Source: Candidatus Woesearchaeota archaeon (lineage in GTDB: Archaea > Nanobdellota > Nanobdellia > Pacearchaeales > GW2011-AR1). From it: 64,000 nucleotides of DNA. Made by a program: the position numbers and the translations under genes. Below the pieces are notes generated by a model. The model saw only the letters and a list, made by a program, of their open reading frames with translations, was not told the origin of the DNA and ran no database searches. Location of the stretch: assembly GCA_964372205.1 (NCBI GenBank), contig CAYJQB010000001.1, forward strand, positions 141,180 to 205,179, in the 5' to 3' direction. Shown piece after piece: positions 59,724-64,000 of the stretch; the first letter of the stretch is position 1, and each line of letters starts with the position of its first letter.

Positions 59724-60197
59724 TTATGCTTTGATATCTTCTCTGAACTCGTAGCGAACTATCTTATCACTTCCAATTGAATCAAAAAAGAATCTCCCAA
59801 AAATGTTGTTTCCTTTCAAGACAGAGGGTAACCAAATAATATCATCTTCCCACATTTTTTCATAAGGCACTTCTTCATGGTTGAACCATTTAGGAATCAT
59901 CTCTTCAGACTCTTTAATTTCTCCTTCAAATTTTTTAGCGCTAAAAAGGTGAACTTCCCAAATTTCTGAGTCTTTTTCATAAATAAACTCTAACTTTCCT
60001 CTTTTCTCAAATTCTTTAATCTCTATTCCTGCTTCTTCCTTAAACTCTCGAAGCATGGCATTTTCAATAGACTCTCCTTCCTCAACTTTCCCTCCAAAGC
60101 TATTCCATTTTCCAGCACCGAAACCACGCTTTTTCATACCTAATAGGATTCTTTCAGAATCATGCAACATACAAAGAGTTAGTATCTTTCTCCTCAT
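59724..60197 (-). CDS. Nudix hydrolase
   Basis: Nudix box GGKVEEGESIENAMLREFKEEAGIEI. Confidence 0.75.
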   Translation of the reverse strand: MRRKILTLCMLHDSERILLGMKKRGFGAGKWNSFGGKVEEGESIENAMLREFKEEAGIEIKEFEKRGKLEFIYEKDSEIWEVHLFSAKKFEGEIKESEEMIPKWFNHEEVPYEKMWEDDIIWLPSVLKGNNIFGRFFFDSIGSDKIVRYEFREDIKA

Positions 60198-60231
60198 TAA
60201 AATTTCACAAATCTAAACTTTATAAGAATAG

Positions 60232-60490
60232 TGTAGGCGGGGAGATTGCTCAGCTTCAGCTTGCTGGCTACCTTCCAGCCTTCCTCAACTTTGCACCCCT
60301 ATAAGCACCGAAACTTCTGTTTAGGGCTGCTCCGATCAAGGCCTGACCCTTTTCACAGGAGTACGGTCGAACAGGACAAAGCGTCAACGTCCGGCGGAAG
60401 ACCAAAAAGCCTCCACATCACGCACTCCTTTAAGCCTGCCATAAAGCCCATTTGCAGATAGCGCAGGGCTAGCGCGCCAGCTTGCCTACA
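60232..60490 (-). ncRNA. GC-rich structured RNA candidate, most consistent with SRP (7S) RNA; strand uncertain
   Basis: About 52% GC and non-coding, between divergent genes. Terminal pairing UGUAGGC (60232-60238) with GCCUACA (60484-60490). The minus strand has GGUCAGGCC-UUGAUC-GGAGCAGCC, which resembles the SRP RNA domain IV motif GGUCAGGUCC-GGAA-GGAAGCAGCC. It also has two 5' hairpins (GCGC-UAGCCCU-GCGC and CUUUA-UGGCAGGCU-UAAAG) whose loops are complementary (AGCC/GGCU), like Alu-domain helices 3 and 4. Confidence 0.35.
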
Positions 60491-60567
60491 TAGTTCTCAT
60501 TCCCTCAGACTTTTTAAAGCCTTTCATACAACAAAGGGCTTAAATAACCAAATTTGTCAGTTGGGAA

Positions 60568-61290
60568 ATGACCACCGCATCTTATCCAGGCAGAAGAGAG
60601 ACTACTATAGATGAAAGAGAAGCTCCTGCAACGATGCGTGGAATTCTAGAAAAATATGCCTCTGAGAATTCAAATGTTCCAATTGGGAGACTGATAAATA
60701 GTTTTGTCCAAAACGGGCAAAAAAGACTAGATTCAGAAGGAAATTATGATGAAAATGCAAATCTTCGTGCTCTAGAAACAAGAATTTTAGGAGAAACTGG
60801 AATGTTTTCAGACATTGGAAGAGCACAAGAGTATATAGTATTTGCAGAGTATCTGAAAAATCAGGCTTCAACTTTGGAAAATGGAGAATCTGAAAGAATG
60901 ATGCATCTGGCAAGAGATATAGAGAGACATTCCACCAAGTTCATGGATTCTTATAATGAACTTTCTAGTTATTCTACAAACAAAAAGAAAAACGCCTTGG
61001 AGAGACTAAAAGGCGTCAATGACGCTATAGGATTTATAGCAGAAGATAAGGGAATAAATAGTCGTTATATAAGCCTTTCACATATTACAAACAAAATGTA
61101 CGATATGTTAAATCTTTCAGACAGGCTAGGCATCAAGCTGGATAAAAAAGTGAAGAAAAAGATGAAAGAGACTGCAAGCCGTGCAGGTGATGAAAGAGAT
61201 TATGCTTCAGGTTCTAGGAAAAAACCAAGCAATTTCAAAAAATTCACAAGCTTTATGTGGACAAACACTTTTGGATTACTTGTAAGGTAA
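60568..61290 (+). CDS. hypothetical protein
   Basis: 240-aa ORF. The first 22 codons lie in the GC-rich RNA-like region, so the true start may be the internal Met at 60634. Confidence 0.4.
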   Translation: MTTASYPGRRETTIDEREAPATMRGILEKYASENSNVPIGRLINSFVQNGQKRLDSEGNYDENANLRALETRILGETGMFSDIGRAQEYIVFAEYLKNQASTLENGESERMMHLARDIERHSTKFMDSYNELSSYSTNKKKNALERLKGVNDAIGFIAEDKGINSRYISLSHITNKMYDMLNLSDRLGIKLDKKVKKKMKETASRAGDERDYASGSRKKPSNFKKFTSFMWTNTFGLLVR

Positions 61291-61325
61291 TTTCAATACT
61301 AAAGGTTTCACAAGATTTGATTTAT

Positions 61326-61598
61326 TCAATCTTCAACAATAACACGATAGTCATTCCAAGTCAAACCCTGACATACTTCTGCCAGTTCTCTTCCCAAAGG
61401 AATATCCTTTTCCCGCTGTACCCTCACAGCTCCTTCAGATATAATTGCAGGGCCATATCCTTGCCTTGAAACTATTACATCCGATCCATCAAAAATAACA
61501 CTTCCAGGGCTATAATGCTGTTTCAATCCAGAAATCAATATATTTCTTCTTTCAGCATGTTCAGCCAATTCTTGAGTTCTCGTAATGACTTCTACCAC
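61326..61598 (-). CDS. hypothetical protein
   Basis: 90-aa ORF. Confidence 0.3.
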   Translation of the reverse strand: MVEVITRTQELAEHAERRNILISGLKQHYSPGSVIFDGSDVIVSRQGYGPAIISEGAVRVQREKDIPLGRELAEVCQGLTWNDYRVIVED

Positions 61599-61774
61599 TG
61601 CTCTTCCTCTCCATTAATCTGTTCTTTTATTTGATTCAACTCCTGAATAGTCTTTCTGTCATCTCTCTCAATATTACTCCTAGGAGTCCTGAATGCAAGC
61701 ATTAGAAGCAAAATCAAGAAAATGAATACTAATACAACAGTGCTTATTCCCATCATTATCACCAAATTTTCCAT
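61592..61774 (-). CDS. small membrane protein
   Basis: 60 aa with one TM helix, STVVLVFIFLILLLMLAF. Confidence 0.3.
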   Translation of the reverse strand: MENLVIMMGISTVVLVFIFLILLLMLAFRTPRSNIERDDRKTIQELNQIKEQINGEEEQW

Positions 61775-61814
61775 GACAGATTAACGCAAATCCGTGTTTT
61801 TAAAATTTGTGGCG

Positions 61815-63476
61815 CTACATCTCTTCCATAACTTCTATGCCAAGTAAATTCAAGGCATTCTTCAAAACTTGAGAAAATGCGTTCACAAGCCCTAATCTGA
61901 AGGATTCTTTTTCGCTTCCAATTACCTGTGCTTTATGATAGAACTCATTGAATTCTCTTGCTAACTCGTAAGAATAATTTGCAATAAGGTTTGGGGCAAG
62001 GCTTTCATAGGCATTCTTCACAATTCCAGGGAATTGCCCCAACATAGAGATTAGTTTTTTTTCGTCATTATCTATTTCAAGGATACTAGTCTTTTCTCCT
62101 TTATAATCAGCTTTCCTCAATATGCTTCTTGCCCTCGCATAGCTATACAGCAAATAAGGTCCTGTATTTCCTTCGAAACTTAAGAATTTCTTTATGTCAA
62201 ATATCGCATCAACTCCCCTGTAGTTCTTCATGTCTCCGTAGAATATGGCTGCGATAGCTATCTTTCTCGCGCGCGCTTCAAGCTCCTTCTCATCGAGCTC
62301 TTCTCTTTTACTTATCTCTTTTTTTGCAAGATTCAGTGTATCGGAAAGAACATCTTCCATGAATATTACCTTACCTTTCCTAGTGGCAAACTTTTTTCTA
62401 TCCTTATCAAGATAAAGTCCATGCTCAACATGCACACACTTTCCAGCCCAGGAGTGCCCGAGAAGTTCAAGTATTTTGAAAAGCTGCTTAAAGTGTAACC
62501 TCTGCTCACTACCGACTTCATATATCATCTTCTCAAATTTGTACTTCTCATACCTTTCAATAGCAGCTGCAAGATCTCTTGTGATATAAAGGGTTGCTCC
62601 ATCTTTTTTCTTTATCAAGGCAACTCCAAGACCGTATCTCTCAAGGTCGACTATCATAGCACCCTCGCTCTCTTTCAGTAGCTTTTTTTTCTCAAGCTCT
62701 TTCACAACATTTTCCATTTTCTTATTGTACAAAGATTCTCCAGAGATGACATCGAAATCTATCCCAATTTCATCATATATTTTCTCGAACTCTTTTAAGC
62801 TAAGTTCTCTGAATCTTTTCCAAAGACGCATCGATTCTTCATCACCGGTCTCTAATTTCCTGAACCAATCTCTTGCCTCTTCTTCATAATCTTCTTTATT
62901 TGATTTAATATAGATGTCTAGCAAATGTTTTATCGCATCTTTCTTCAATTCACTCTCCTTACCAAATCTTTTATATCCTACAATAAGTTTCCCAAATTGA
63001 GTTCCCCAATCTCCAAGGTAGTTTATCTTGATGGCCTTATATCCATTATACTCAGAAATTCTTGAAAGAGAATTACCGATTATAGTAGACCTCAAGTGCC
63101 CTATTCCAAATGGCTTTGCTATGTTCGGAGAGGACATTTCTATTATTACTTTCTTTCTTTTGCCCGAATCTTTGCTCCCATACTTGTCTTTCATCTTCTC
63201 TATATCCTTCAAGATATTCACAGCAAGCTCGCCCTTTTCGACAAAGAAGTTAACATAAGCCCCAGAAGCAACAACTCTCTCGAACTTATTTTTTTTTACT
63301 TTAGAGGCAATTTCCTTTGCTATATCAGCAGGATTTCTTTTCATGCTCTTTGCAAGAACAAAGCATGGAAACGCGTAATCTCCCATATCAGAATCTTTAG
63401 GTATTTCTATAAGACTTTCAATCTCACGTTTTGTTAGCTCAAGAAAACTCAAACTTTTTACAACCTCTGACTTCAT
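61815..63476 (-). CDS. argS: arginine--tRNA ligase
   Basis: Class I HIGH-region variant SSPNIAKPFGIGHLRSTIIGNSL. 553 aa with a C-terminal anticodon-binding (DALR-type) domain. Confidence 0.85.
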   Translation of the reverse strand: MKSEVVKSLSFLELTKREIESLIEIPKDSDMGDYAFPCFVLAKSMKRNPADIAKEIASKVKKNKFERVVASGAYVNFFVEKGELAVNILKDIEKMKDKYGSKDSGKRKKVIIEMSSPNIAKPFGIGHLRSTIIGNSLSRISEYNGYKAIKINYLGDWGTQFGKLIVGYKRFGKESELKKDAIKHLLDIYIKSNKEDYEEEARDWFRKLETGDEESMRLWKRFRELSLKEFEKIYDEIGIDFDVISGESLYNKKMENVVKELEKKKLLKESEGAMIVDLERYGLGVALIKKKDGATLYITRDLAAAIERYEKYKFEKMIYEVGSEQRLHFKQLFKILELLGHSWAGKCVHVEHGLYLDKDRKKFATRKGKVIFMEDVLSDTLNLAKKEISKREELDEKELEARARKIAIAAIFYGDMKNYRGVDAIFDIKKFLSFEGNTGPYLLYSYARARSILRKADYKGEKTSILEIDNDEKKLISMLGQFPGIVKNAYESLAPNLIANYSYELAREFNEFYHKAQVIGSEKESFRLGLVNAFSQVLKNALNLLGIEVMEEM

Positions 63477-63508
63477 ACCACTAATCCGAATATAGAATTA
63501 ATAAAACT

Positions 63509-63979
63509 TCACATTCCAATACATTTTCTGTATTTGAACATGCCTGCATATTTCAGAGCAAGTTTTGCAGAGGATGATTTAATCTCAACGATAACTTTTC
63601 CACTATTCAAACCTTGTTGCATAGCCGAGCAGAAGCTATTTGTTCCAATACTATTCACATATTCATCATCCATATAGATTATCAAATCAGGATTTTCTGC
63701 AGTTCCCAATTCAACACTATTTCTCCCAACAACATAATTCACATCTCCAAGTACTAAACCTATATTTGCACTTCTAGGTAAATCTGAAACAAAGTTGCTA
63801 TTTTCAAGAACATGTGGAAAGTTCTCTAAAGTAATTACTTGATTTCCTCCAGTGTTCACATTTCCTTCAAAGTCTTTATTAGTATACCATGTACCAAATG
63901 CGATTATCAAGACAGTAGCCAAAATCAAAAGTATAATCAAATACGTCCGGGACATCGATTTCTTAGGTTTCTTTTTCAT
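63509..63979 (-). CDS. membrane-anchored hypothetical protein
   Basis: N-terminal basic stretch and TM helix (YLIILLILATVLIIAFGTWY), then a soluble domain. Confidence 0.35.
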   Translation of the reverse strand: MKKKPKKSMSRTYLIILLILATVLIIAFGTWYTNKDFEGNVNTGGNQVITLENFPHVLENSNFVSDLPRSANIGLVLGDVNYVVGRNSVELGTAENPDLIIYMDDEYVNSIGTNSFCSAMQQGLNSGKVIVEIKSSSAKLALKYAGMFKYRKCIGM

Positions 63980-64000
63980 CTTTTTCCTTAATACCCTAAC

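Noticed and set aside
60246-60461. 71-aa plus-strand ORF in the GC-rich block between the Nudix gene and gene 60568
   Set aside because: The translation is not protein-like. The region is better explained as a structured RNA (the SRP-RNA-like candidate).

Overview
AT-rich archaeal chromosome segment of about 33-36% GC, rising to about 50% in RNA genes. Gene content is archaeal throughout: the exosome superoperon, proteasome alpha and beta subunits, aCPSF1, RNase J, RtcB with archease, class I CCA enzyme, RpoK, eL31, eL39, eS19, uS2, and Mre11-Rad50. The many K/E-rich extensions, reduced sizes and the abundance of class III (pilin-type) signal peptides suggest a small-genome, possibly DPANN-like, archaeon. 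Main blocks on the minus strand unless noted: (1) translation-related genes at 1.6-3.6 kb (eL31, eL39, eS19, CRM/YhbY protein, NFACT-R protein); (2) an RNA-gene island at 4.5-13.3 kb with tRNA-Phe, a previously untracked RNase P RNA, and a 16S-tRNAAla-23S rRNA operon with flanking processing stems and an unusually long 1.9 kb spacer carrying four co-oriented small ORFs; (3) uS2, RpoK, the exosome genes Rrp4-Rrp41-Rrp42, SBDS, a polyprenyl synthase and proteasome alpha at 15.6-23 kb; (4) a Kazal-like secreted protein, Pop5 and an HtrA-like protease at 23-24.5 kb; (5) RNase J, Mtq2-like methyltransferase, Mre11, Rad50, proteasome beta and aCPSF1 at 24.6-33.8 kb, all on the plus strand; (6) a presenilin-like protease, TrmB regulator and CCA enzyme at 33.9-37.9 kb; (7) a GTPase triad and two giant PKD-domain surface proteins at 38.6-45.1 kb; (8) RtcB and archease separated by two surface-protein genes at 45.2-49.3 kb; (9) a large archaeal type IV pilus-like locus at 49.3-59.7 kb with a FlaI/TadA-type ATPase, two separate TadB/TadC-like membrane proteins, at least eight pilin-like genes (one carrying thrombospondin type-3 repeats) and an ArmA/Rmt-family 16S rRNA methyltransferase homolog on the opposite strand; (10) Nudix hydrolase, a GC-rich SRP-RNA-like element, ArgS. 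No CRISPR array, transposase or integrase was seen. The most unusual structure is the set of four small ORFs embedded in the rRNA operon spacer.
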